From: a virus
Lineage: Duplodnaviria > Caudoviricetes
IMG/VR virus record: IMGVR_UViG_3300034357_000407
Location: 1-52,799 of that record
Strand: one strand, 5' to 3'
DNA: 52,799 nucleotides
Part shown: one piece after another, positions 35,792 to 43,883 of the stretch
Position numbering within the stretch: the stretch's first letter is position 1
Layout of the letters: every line of letters starts with the position of its first letter
Program-made: the position numbers and the translations under genes
Notes under the pieces: generated by a model
Seen by the model: only the letters and a program-made list of their open reading frames with translations
What the model was told of the DNA's origin: nothing
Database searches by the model: none

Positions 35792-38422
35792 TTATTTATT
35801 ATAAGTCTTAAAATTTATAACTATATCCTCGGCAACTTTTTGCACTGGAGCATACATTTTTCTATTAACCGCCATTATAGCTAAACCAGAGCTAATAGAG
35901 GCATCAAATTTTGTTCTATTATTAATATCAAACTTCATCCAATCCTTTAGCGTGTCATTAAACACTATATTCTGTGGTACTTCATCGTCATCTACATTAC
36001 TACCAACGTATTTCTCTATGTAAGATTCAATAGCTGTTGCGTGCATTTGCTTAACATCCTCGGAAGAGTTAGGCATACCTCCTAATTCCTTCTCTGTTGG
36101 TGAAAGCCTATTTTCAGTCTTATCAAAACGAGTTATACTAAAACCTCTATAACCTCTATTCTTAAAATGGTACAACAAACGTGGCTTATTATTCTCTGCC
36201 AATATAGGCATACCATAAAATACACAAGCCATTAATACATCTTCAAAGAATATCTCTGCTGTCTTTGGTCTTGCTACATACTCTAAAAAAAATGTATGAT
36301 TAGGTGCATTAGAAAAACTAAATCCTGTTAGTCCGTGTAAAGCTCCCTTTGAAGCTCTATTTGTGTCCTCATCATAAGACCCATCCTTTCTAACACCTTC
36401 TACTGTTCCTGATATATCGTATGTATCACAACCAAAAGCCCCTATATCTCCATTTAACGGATATTTTGAGTGTCCTCCTGGACCACTTTTTGTTTCAAAT
36501 TTATTCCTCATCTCCTCAGGTGGTATCCAAGATAGTTTAAATCTTCCTTTCTCATTAGGGTAAAAATCAACTATTGTATCCTTAATACCATCTCTCCATT
36601 GGAAATTACCAATAGTAATCTTACTATCAGCATCGTGGTCTTCATTTATCTTTATCTGGTCTATTATCTTTTCTATGTTAAAGGTAGATTGCAATAACTC
36701 GTCTCTAAAGGCTTCATCTATAGTCATAGGGAATGCTCTTAATTCCTCGTTATAAGAAATGTCGCTTTCCTTTCTCTTACTACTTCTCTTCGCCTCTAAG
36801 AATTGAACACTACCGATAGTCTTCTTATCTCCGTACACATTATAATAAAAACTACCCTTCTCTATAACTTCGTGGCAAACACCATACTTATCTGTAAATT
36901 CCTCCATATTCTTGTGAGCTGGAAGAAAGTACGAGTATAAACCTGATGGTGTTCTACCTGTAATCTTATTTCTCTTCTTAATACTTGATGATTTATACAG
37001 CTTAAAGAATTCCTCTCCACCCTTATTCATCGCATTAACAGTAGAACCTATAAATGCCTTTCCTACAATTTTACCACCTGTATCGAATGTTGGTGATACT
37101 TGACCCCAGTGCTTCTCAAAGTTAGCAGGCTTTTCCCATTTAGATGCCTCATCTCCAAGATACCTAAACATCTTTTGACCATCATAAGCCGAATCTTTTG
37201 TTGGTAAGAAATCCACCAATGTATTTAAGTAGTCATCTGTATTTGTATCTCTATTTTTTTTGGATAGTTTGCTTTTATCTTGTGGTCTTGCAAAGTCTAA
37301 TGCTTTCTTTGAATCTTCAATCCCTCTTACAATAGGCTTAAAGAAGAATGGTAAATTAAGGAATGCGTAACTAAACTTAGAGAATGCCTTTGCAGCATCA
37401 TCATTAGTCTTTGATGTCATACCTATCCTTGCATTTGAAGTTGAGGTTGCATCATTAAGTAATTGACATATAATTTGATATGTATAACCTGTACGTCTTG
37501 ACTTTACAAATAACTCACCTAAACATCTCGGGTCTACAATACAAGCCTCTGTGAAATAAAACATATCTCTCTGAGCTGTCCTGAAGTCCATATACCCACC
37601 TGAATCCTCCATCTTTACCCACTGAAGTGCAAAGTAGTGACTACCAGTTAGGTATTGAGGTTTTCCATTATTCATAAACCAAATACCTTCTCTTCTCCTT
37701 CTGAATTCCTCTATAATGTATTCCGTATATGCTTCTGCATTTTCTTGAGATAAACCATTTGGAACATCTAATCTTCTCCAATATTGGTCTTCTTTCTTTT
37801 TATCCCAGAATAATATATCTTTCCTATAAGGTACTTTTGGTAGGGTAATATTTAAACCACTAAGGTTTATAACTTCACCTTTTGTACCATTAGGGTCTAA
37901 TATGATTGAGTCATTTTCTTCATCATACCATTCCTTATAATAGTTCTTTCTTGGTAAAAATTCTCCACAAGAAAACTTCTCGGGATACCCTCTCTTAAAT
38001 TCATTCTCCTTAAGATTAATTTTATCAGCATCTATCTGAAGTCTTAATTCAATAAGTGATGAATCAATTTCTACAATTGCTTGGTGAATTGAAGGTTTAA
38101 CTGAAATAGCTAAGTGGTGTTTTGACGGATCTAAATCATCGTAGTCAATCTTTGAACGTAAAGCGTCTCTAAGAACTCCTAAGGCAATATCTCCAGCTTT
38201 AACAAGTCTTACTACATATTTCTTAAATTTATCCTCAGAAGGTGCGTTTGTGCTATTCTGCCATCTAAGGAGTAATTCCTTACCATACTTAAATGAATCA
38301 ACTTTAGCCTTTACAATAGTCTTTACTTTATCGGGTTCAATTAAAGACATATCAGTGCTATACTCTAATCCTTCGATTACAGTTTCAACAGCTATCTCTA
38401 TATCTTTACTTAATCCTATCAT
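35792..38422 (-). CDS. terL: Terminase large subunit with N-terminal extension
   Basis: Walker A VKSRRTGYT, Walker B YLGDEASK, GST coupling motif, nuclease FGCDTYD and AENNKP. Confidence 0.9.
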   Translation of the reverse strand: MIGLSKDIEIAVETVIEGLEYSTDMSLIEPDKVKTIVKAKVDSFKYGKELLLRWQNSTNAPSEDKFKKYVVRLVKAGDIALGVLRDALRSKIDYDDLDPSKHHLAISVKPSIHQAIVEIDSSLIELRLQIDADKINLKENEFKRGYPEKFSCGEFLPRKNYYKEWYDEENDSIILDPNGTKGEVINLSGLNITLPKVPYRKDILFWDKKKEDQYWRRLDVPNGLSQENAEAYTEYIIEEFRRRREGIWFMNNGKPQYLTGSHYFALQWVKMEDSGGYMDFRTAQRDMFYFTEACIVDPRCLGELFVKSRRTGYTYQIICQLLNDATSTSNARIGMTSKTNDDAAKAFSKFSYAFLNLPFFFKPIVRGIEDSKKALDFARPQDKSKLSKKNRDTNTDDYLNTLVDFLPTKDSAYDGQKMFRYLGDEASKWEKPANFEKHWGQVSPTFDTGGKIVGKAFIGSTVNAMNKGGEEFFKLYKSSSIKKRNKITGRTPSGLYSYFLPAHKNMEEFTDKYGVCHEVIEKGSFYYNVYGDKKTIGSVQFLEAKRSSKRKESDISYNEELRAFPMTIDEAFRDELLQSTFNIEKIIDQIKINEDHDADSKITIGNFQWRDGIKDTIVDFYPNEKGRFKLSWIPPEEMRNKFETKSGPGGHSKYPLNGDIGAFGCDTYDISGTVEGVRKDGSYDEDTNRASKGALHGLTGFSFSNAPNHTFFLEYVARPKTAEIFFEDVLMACVFYGMPILAENNKPRLLYHFKNRGYRGFSITRFDKTENRLSPTEKELGGMPNSSEDVKQMHATAIESYIEKYVGSNVDDDEVPQNIVFNDTLKDWMKFDINNRTKFDASISSGLAIMAVNRKMYAPVQKVAEDIVINFKTYNK

Positions 38423-38961
38423 AAATGTAGTATGATTCTATTTTGGTTAATCATATACAGCTTCTCGTCAAATATCTTAAACTCGTATTCTGAATCTTTC
38501 TTAACACCAATCAATGAACCTTCTTTTAGGTCAGACATATCTTTGTTCTTGTATTTTAAGATACATATCTGTTCATTCTCTTTATATCCTTCATACTTAT
38601 CATTGATAGTTGTGGGTTCTATAAAACAAAATGGAGGTAATGCAATTTTATTATCTCCCTTTATAACCATATAAGCTAATTCCTTCTCAACATAAAACAA
38701 GTCATCTTTAATATGATATTTACTCTCTAAAGGAAATCCTTGATTATTATATTGAATTCTAAAGGTATTATGGTGTACAACTATTGTATCTCCAACTTCT
38801 ACATCTCCTTCGTAACCAATAGGTGTTGATATTACCTCTGCTAATCTTTGTGTGAAGTTGTGGTCCTCAACAGATATATTTAAAATTAATCCATTAGATG
38901 AATTATTAGAATACCTCTCTTTATTAAGTGGTCTAACTATAAAGTAATGTGGGCTTCTCAT
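38419..38961 (-). CDS. Tandem GroES-like co-chaperonin
   Basis: Domain 1: FIVRP...SNGLIL...AEVISTP...VEVGDTIVVHH; domain 2: ALPPFCFIEP...LKEGSLIGVKKDSEYEFKIFDEKLYMINQNRIIL. Confidence 0.65.
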   Translation of the reverse strand: MRSPHYFIVRPLNKERYSNNSSNGLILNISVEDHNFTQRLAEVISTPIGYEGDVEVGDTIVVHHNTFRIQYNNQGFPLESKYHIKDDLFYVEKELAYMVIKGDNKIALPPFCFIEPTTINDKYEGYKENEQICILKYKNKDMSDLKEGSLIGVKKDSEYEFKIFDEKLYMINQNRIILHL

Positions 38962-38965
38962 AAGA

Positions 38966-39190
38966 CTATAATTGCGTATAGTATTCGATATGAATTACAT
39001 TGCTTAAATTAAAAGACTTCCATATAGCCTTTACATCGCTATCTATTTCCTTTACATAGATGTCAAAGAACATATCTTCCTTTATTATATCTGAAACTAC
39101 TCCAGAACCACCAAATACATTGCTGTTTACCTGGTAGTGCATAATATTGTTATTATCCATCTTAACGGATATCTTTCTTACTAAATTCAT
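38966..39190 (-). CDS. Conserved small hypothetical protein
   Basis: LVRKIS...MHYQV...WKSFN...IEY; heads the packaging operon. Confidence 0.7.
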   Translation of the reverse strand: MNLVRKISVKMDNNNIMHYQVNSNVFGGSGVVSDIIKEDMFFDIYVKEIDSDVKAIWKSFNLSNVIHIEYYTQL

Positions 39191-39214
39191 ATTAAATTAA
39201 ATTAAAAATATATG

Positions 39215-39222
39215 CAAAGATA
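39215..39222 (-). promoter_or_regulatory. -7 promoter element followed by a TTTAA-repeat leader
   Basis: Minus strand TATCTTTG-CATA...TTTTAATTTAATTTAAT-ATG. Confidence 0.65.
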
Positions 39223-39223
39223 A

Positions 39224-39784
39224 TTAAAATATAGGAATACCTATTCCCAATGAAATATAAGGCTTTAGCGTTTGTGTTTCATATCCAATACCACCTTTCA
39301 ATAATATCTTATTCCTTAAATTCCAATCAACCCCTAAATTCAATTGATTATTGGTATTGTATGATGCTGATATAAAAGCCTTGCTTCTGTCTTTGTATTT
39401 TGTAATTGTGGTTTCCTTTATAGAATCATAGCACTCTATTGTAGCGCAAAAATCTAATAGCTCTCCAGTTGTTGTTATCGTAGCGACCCCTGAAGATCTA
39501 CTGCCTTTTATCGTTTGAGTATATACTCTTGCCTCAATTGACGTTGTGTCTGGTTTATCTAAATAAACTAAAGATGTATCAGTCTTTCTGATGTATACAT
39601 TCTTGTATTTTGTAACAACTTTTCCGTTAAGTTTTAAAGTATCTGTAACTTTAACCACTTTAGTTTTAGTTACTACCTTGTCTTCTTTTTTTGGTTCTTC
39701 ACAAAATTGCAATAGGGTTGCACAAAGTACAAACCCTATTACTGCCGATATTATGTTTTTTTTATTCATACAAACTTTATACAT
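39224..39784 (-). CDS. Membrane-anchored or lipoprotein, spanin candidate (start probably 39769)
   Basis: MNKKNIISAVIGFVLCATLLQFC signal with Cys; C-terminal amphipathic beta strands ending in F. Confidence 0.5.
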   Translation of the reverse strand: MYKVCMNKKNIISAVIGFVLCATLLQFCEEPKKEDKVVTKTKVVKVTDTLKLNGKVVTKYKNVYIRKTDTSLVYLDKPDTTSIEARVYTQTIKGSRSSGVATITTTGELLDFCATIECYDSIKETTITKYKDRSKAFISASYNTNNQLNLGVDWNLRNKILLKGGIGYETQTLKPYISLGIGIPIF

Positions 39785-40961
39785 TGTAGTAATTAGTTAT
39801 TGAAGAAGGGGTTATTCCATTGAATGACTTTCCGCTTGTACTTGAAGATATGCATCCAACAAGTAAGTGTATAGAGAAGTAAGATAAATCGGCTGACCAA
39901 TAATCAATTAAAGGAAACTTAACTCTAAGATTATCTCCTGATATAGAATGACCTGTTAATGGTATTGTGTATATTGCATTGTCACCATTCTTATAATGAA
40001 ATGCCACATATCCAAAATTATCAGGTGAATTACTTACAATTCCTTCTTCAAAATAAAAATCTATTGCATTTATAGGTTCTGTTTCCTCGTCAAAAGAAAA
40101 TACACCTCCATCGCCATAATAGATAGTATCGGTGTGGGGATTTATTAAATATGTCTTAAGTAAAATTACATCTTTTTGTTCGTTGTATGTTATCTCAACT
40201 TCTCCATCAGTATTTGTAACCGTTATTTCATCTGAACCAGATGTTACATCTGTTATATAATCACTTGGTATATCAGATAAGTACGCTATAGTTCCAGATG
40301 CATTTTGAAGTGTAGCATTTCTATTTGCTGTTATTGAAGGGTATATTACATTGTATGAGTATATACCAGATTTCATTTTTATTTCTTTATCACTAATACT
40401 TCCGATAAAAGAGCCTGATGCCTTATACACATTAAGCGCTTCTTTTGATCCTTCTATAGCACAACCATAATCTGTATTATCCACGTTATCCCACAAGTAA
40501 ACTTTATTGATAAATACATTATTATCGAAAGACTCATTTCCTTCACTTAATACTGAATCTAAATCTTGTCTATTTGCGTTAATAACTGACGTAATATCTA
40601 TCTCTGTGAAATCGCTTGATACAACTTGAGTTTCATCAATACCATAGGTATCGTTATTTTTTCTAAATATAAATGTTCTTCCATTTAAAATTAAGAAAAC
40701 AATCTCATAATGTAATACAATAATTGGAGTTTCTGAATTGTTGAAATAATCCTCAGGAGTTGTTTCCTCCGAATCATTATCTACAATTGTAGTTATCTTT
40801 AAATTTCCTCCAGTTTCAGGGTCTAACCCGCTTAGTACATATTCTCTTAATGCTGATACTTGATAATTCTTTGTTTGGTCAAAGTTATCGTTATCACTTC
40901 CAATTACAATATCGTTATCTGATATTAAGGTATCTATTGCGTATGTTTTTATTCTTGCCAT
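39777..40961 (-). CDS. Fibre / structural protein with shared N-terminal anchor
   Basis: N-terminus matches 40970..41428; DLDSVLSEGN and NASGTIAYLSDIP fibre-type motifs. Confidence 0.6.
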   Translation of the reverse strand: MARIKTYAIDTLISDNDIVIGSDNDNFDQTKNYQVSALREYVLSGLDPETGGNLKITTIVDNDSEETTPEDYFNNSETPIIVLHYEIVFLILNGRTFIFRKNNDTYGIDETQVVSSDFTEIDITSVINANRQDLDSVLSEGNESFDNNVFINKVYLWDNVDNTDYGCAIEGSKEALNVYKASGSFIGSISDKEIKMKSGIYSYNVIYPSITANRNATLQNASGTIAYLSDIPSDYITDVTSGSDEITVTNTDGEVEITYNEQKDVILLKTYLINPHTDTIYYGDGGVFSFDEETEPINAIDFYFEEGIVSNSPDNFGYVAFHYKNGDNAIYTIPLTGHSISGDNLRVKFPLIDYWSADLSYFSIHLLVGCISSSTSGKSFNGITPSSITNYYNV

Positions 40962-40969
40962 AATATTTT

Positions 40970-41428
40970 TTAATTATAAACTCTTATTTCTATTGTTGTT
41001 AAATATAAACTGTCCAATGAATTACCTGATATATATATATTAGTTATTACAACTTCATTATTATCATTTCGTGCTCCTCTTACAATATAATCATCAGCAA
41101 ATCCACTTGTTGTGATAAATGTAGCAGTTTTGTTCTCTTTAAATAGTCCATTTGAATTAGCTACATAAGCTCCTACATCTAAGTAAGTAAACCAAATATT
41201 GCCAATAGTATTTTCCAATACAGTAGCTACAGGAGCAGAAGTTCCCGATTGAGTTAATAAAGCTGTATACACTTTATATGGTCTTGTATCTAACCCATTT
41301 AAGATATAGTTTTTTAGTGCTGAAATTAAGTAATTCTTTGTTTTGTCAGAATCATTAAAATCTGTACCAATTAGCCTGTCGTTTGCATTGATTGTATTGT
41401 CGTTTGCGTATGTCTTTATTTTTGCCAT
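40970..41428 (-). CDS. Short fibre / structural protein
   Basis: Shared N-terminal anchor; YKVYTALLTQSGTSAPVATVLENTIG...IEIRVYN C-terminal domain. Confidence 0.6.
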   Translation of the reverse strand: MAKIKTYANDNTINANDRLIGTDFNDSDKTKNYLISALKNYILNGLDTRPYKVYTALLTQSGTSAPVATVLENTIGNIWFTYLDVGAYVANSNGLFKENKTATFITTSGFADDYIVRGARNDNNEVVITNIYISGNSLDSLYLTTIEIRVYN

Positions 41429-41430
41429 AT

Positions 41431-41895
41431 TTATTCTTTTATTTCAAAATGTTGCCAATCGTAATTCTTCTCTCTACCTAATGATATAAATCCGTGTTTA
41501 TAAAATATATCAATCATAGGTTTATATTCTGGTTTAGCAAATCTTGCTGTCTTTGACGTTTCTTTTAATTGGTTTCTACCAGGATCTAAATCAATCGAAA
41601 TTCCCCAAGAATGCGTACTCCAATCATCACCGCCTCTCATCTTTCTAAAATTAAAACAACCTCCAAATAAATCAATACCAAGTTCAACTATCTTATTATA
41701 TCCATAAACTCTGTGTATCTCATTAAATACAGCAAGGAATCTAGCTCCAACTAATTTATGGCATCTCATTTTAGTAACCTTTGTATCTGTATCCCAAGCT
41801 AATCGCATAGGGTACGGAAGATTAATAGTCATAAGATAGCCTTCACCAGTTACGTTAGGTTTTCCGTATTTAGAAATTATCTCCTTTGTTGTCAT
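41431..41895 (-). CDS. Endolysin, M15 family (L-Ala-D-Glu / D-Ala-D-Ala) peptidase
   Basis: GGCFNFRKMRGG...STHSWGISIDL...DWQHFE zinc-peptidase motifs. Confidence 0.88.
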   Translation of the reverse strand: MTTKEIISKYGKPNVTGEGYLMTINLPYPMRLAWDTDTKVTKMRCHKLVGARFLAVFNEIHRVYGYNKIVELGIDLFGGCFNFRKMRGGDDWSTHSWGISIDLDPGRNQLKETSKTARFAKPEYKPMIDIFYKHGFISLGREKNYDWQHFEIKE

Positions 41896-42049
41896 TTTTT
41901 TTATTCTTTAATAATTCTATGGTCTTTAATATGGTATAAACAATAGAAACACATAAAAGGAATATCTTTAATGTAGCTTCTACATTAGAAAAACTTACAG
42001 CCATAGCAAGCGAATTTAGTCCGTATATCTTCAAATCGTTAAGTGACAT
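41870..42049 (-). CDS. Putative holin, 59 aa (not in ORF track)
   Basis: MSLNDLKIYGLNSLAMAVSFSNVEATLKIFLLCVSIVYTILKTIELLKNKKNDNKGDNF; hydrophobic helices and charged tail; overlaps the endolysin start. Confidence 0.65.
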   Translation of the reverse strand: MSLNDLKIYGLNSLAMAVSFSNVEATLKIFLLCVSIVYTILKTIELLKNKKNDNKGDNF

Positions 42050-42245
42050 TATTGTTCTTTGCTTTAATTAAACGCTCTGCTATGTTTGTAGCTCCTTCTA
42101 CGGCTATATACATTGTAGCTACTATTGTCCAGTTATCTGAATCAACCTTGCTAAAGAATAATGCAATTGAAGCAACAATAAATACCGTTAACTTTCTGCT
42201 TATCCATTTATTTAGGTAAAGGTCTATTTTTTCTTTTCTACTCAT
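42039..42245 (-). CDS. Second holin-like membrane protein
   Basis: SRKLTVFIVASIALFF and WTIVATMYIAVEG, two TM segments. Confidence 0.6.
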   Translation of the reverse strand: MSRKEKIDLYLNKWISRKLTVFIVASIALFFSKVDSDNWTIVATMYIAVEGATNIAERLIKAKNNNVT

Positions 42246-42441
42246 CTATACAAGGTGTATATTCAATCCTTTCTAGCTCATTTAATTGGTCGTAAATTGG
42301 CTGAAATGGTTCGTATGTAAGTGCATCAAGACCGATATACCATTTATCTGCTCCATCTTTTACAAACTCTAATCGGCAAATGCCATTTGTATAACCATTT
42401 AAAGCATTGTATTGTTCTGTATTTGGATGTAAAACTATCAT
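42238..42441 (-). CDS. Small hypothetical protein (possible fibre chaperone)
   Basis: 67 aa directly after the fibre gene. Confidence 0.55.
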   Translation of the reverse strand: MIVLHPNTEQYNALNGYTNGICRLEFVKDGADKWYIGLDALTYEPFQPIYDQLNELERIEYTPCIDE

Positions 42442-42442
42442 A

Positions 42443-43267
42443 TTAAACTAAATTTGTCATATAAGTATTAATTGCATTGTATAAGTTTGTGTTCAAAGTT
42501 GCATTTCCTCCTGCTGTAACTAAAGAAGCACCCATACCATAAACAGAAATTGTATGGGTACCATAATTTAATGCATTTGGAGTTGAACCTCCAGATGACC
42601 TAAAAATTAATTGAGCAGCTGAGGAACTTGCTGTACTTGTAGTAGTACCGCTTACACTTAAAGTCGTATTTTGAAAAAGTCTTATTTGGTTACTAGCTGG
42701 TCTATTTATTGACTTCAATCCTACTCCTGATAAAGCACCAATAGCATTACTTGTTGTTCCGTTGTTGATATTTTGTGTATCAGGAGTTCCTGCAAAAGTC
42801 ATCCTATTAACGCCATTAGACATAATACCATCTATAAAACCGATACCAACGTTTTGAATCCAAGCAAACCTACTCGCATCATCTTTTTGATAATTCACTC
42901 CTTGAGATGATGGTATAAAGTTTGTTGAAATAGAACCTGTGCTATTATTAGTAAAACCAACATTTGTAGCAAAAGTTAATGGATTTGTTAATGTTCCTTG
43001 ATATGATGTGGGAGTTTTCCAATTCAATGAAGCAAATGCATTTGTAGCACCTGTCCCAGTTGCAAAAACATAAAACACATCAAGTTTATCCCAAACACCG
43101 CCTGCTTTTAAATCTAAAACTAACTGATTTTGTACAATTTGTTGTGCATCATTTGGCAAATCATAATTAAGTCCAACAGCTCTATTTAATATTGCTTGAT
43201 AAGATGTGTCGTATTTAATACCAGAAGACCTATTAGCTCCTATTGCGTTTGCTATTGCTATAAACAT
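42443..43267 (-). CDS. Head fibre / spike protein with lectin-like domain
   Basis: N-terminal MFIAIANAIG peptide; LKAGGVWDKLDVFYVFA domain; T/S/G/N-rich. Confidence 0.55.
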   Translation of the reverse strand: MFIAIANAIGANRSSGIKYDTSYQAILNRAVGLNYDLPNDAQQIVQNQLVLDLKAGGVWDKLDVFYVFATGTGATNAFASLNWKTPTSYQGTLTNPLTFATNVGFTNNSTGSISTNFIPSSQGVNYQKDDASRFAWIQNVGIGFIDGIMSNGVNRMTFAGTPDTQNINNGTTSNAIGALSGVGLKSINRPASNQIRLFQNTTLSVSGTTTSTASSSAAQLIFRSSGGSTPNALNYGTHTISVYGMGASLVTAGGNATLNTNLYNAINTYMTNLV

Positions 43268-43268
43268 A

Positions 43269-43535
43269 TTACCAAAGAGCTATGATGTTAGATGCTGTTG
43301 TTCCTGTTGAATAAACCCTAACTACCTGCACTGGTAAGAAACTACCATCTTGGAAGTTTGTAAAAGTTACTTCATCTCCTCCGACAGTCAATACTTTTAA
43401 ATTACCTTTCGTACCAACGTAAAGCACGCAGCCTCTATTTGGTGTTCCTGCTTCTGAAGATAATGATGGAATATTAGCTGTATTACTTGGTGTTACAGCT
43501 GCCGCTCTATTTGCTTGTAATTTTTGATATGACAT
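43269..43535 (-). CDS. Head spike base protein (RcGTA Rcc01079-like)
   Basis: AAAVTPSN...LYVGTKGNLKV...VTFTN...LPVQVVRVYSTGTTASNIIALW. Confidence 0.7.
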   Translation of the reverse strand: MSYQKLQANRAAAVTPSNTANIPSLSSEAGTPNRGCVLYVGTKGNLKVLTVGGDEVTFTNFQDGSFLPVQVVRVYSTGTTASNIIALW

Positions 43536-43561
43536 TTTATTTTATATTTTTAAGTTATTAT

Positions 43562-43810
43562 TTACCATAGTTTTGTGCAAGCTAAATGTCTTGGCGTACC
43601 AGGTTTAGCTGTATCGCACTTGTGTCTTGCGTGAAAATTCTTTTTTCTTTTACTATCCTTATGTTTTGTAAAATCAGAGTAACCTTTAGCACCTGCGTGA
43701 ACTAAAGTTTCCTTTCCGTTTACACAATACTTTTTCATTATTTTCTTTCCTGGTCGAGTAGATTTCCTAACCTCTCCACACTTCATACTGCTTTTTACTG
43801 ATTCTGCCAT
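43562..43810 (-). CDS. Small basic protein, DUF5754-like (start re-called at 43810)
   Basis: KSTRPGKK...LVHAGAKGYSDFTKHKDSKRKKNFHARHKC...W; a promoter lies inside the longer ORF call. Confidence 0.7.
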   Translation of the reverse strand: MAESVKSSMKCGEVRKSTRPGKKIMKKYCVNGKETLVHAGAKGYSDFTKHKDSKRKKNFHARHKCDTAKPGTPRHLACTKLW

Positions 43811-43828
43811 AATTTTAATAAATCTCTG

Positions 43829-43860
43829 CAAAGATACGAAATAAAAAAAGTGTATATTTG
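43829..43860. promoter_or_regulatory. Back-to-back divergent -7 promoter elements
   Basis: Minus TATCTTTG at 43829-43836; plus TATATTTG at 43853-43860. Confidence 0.65.
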
Positions 43861-43883
43861 CAATATAAAAAATCAAATTTATT

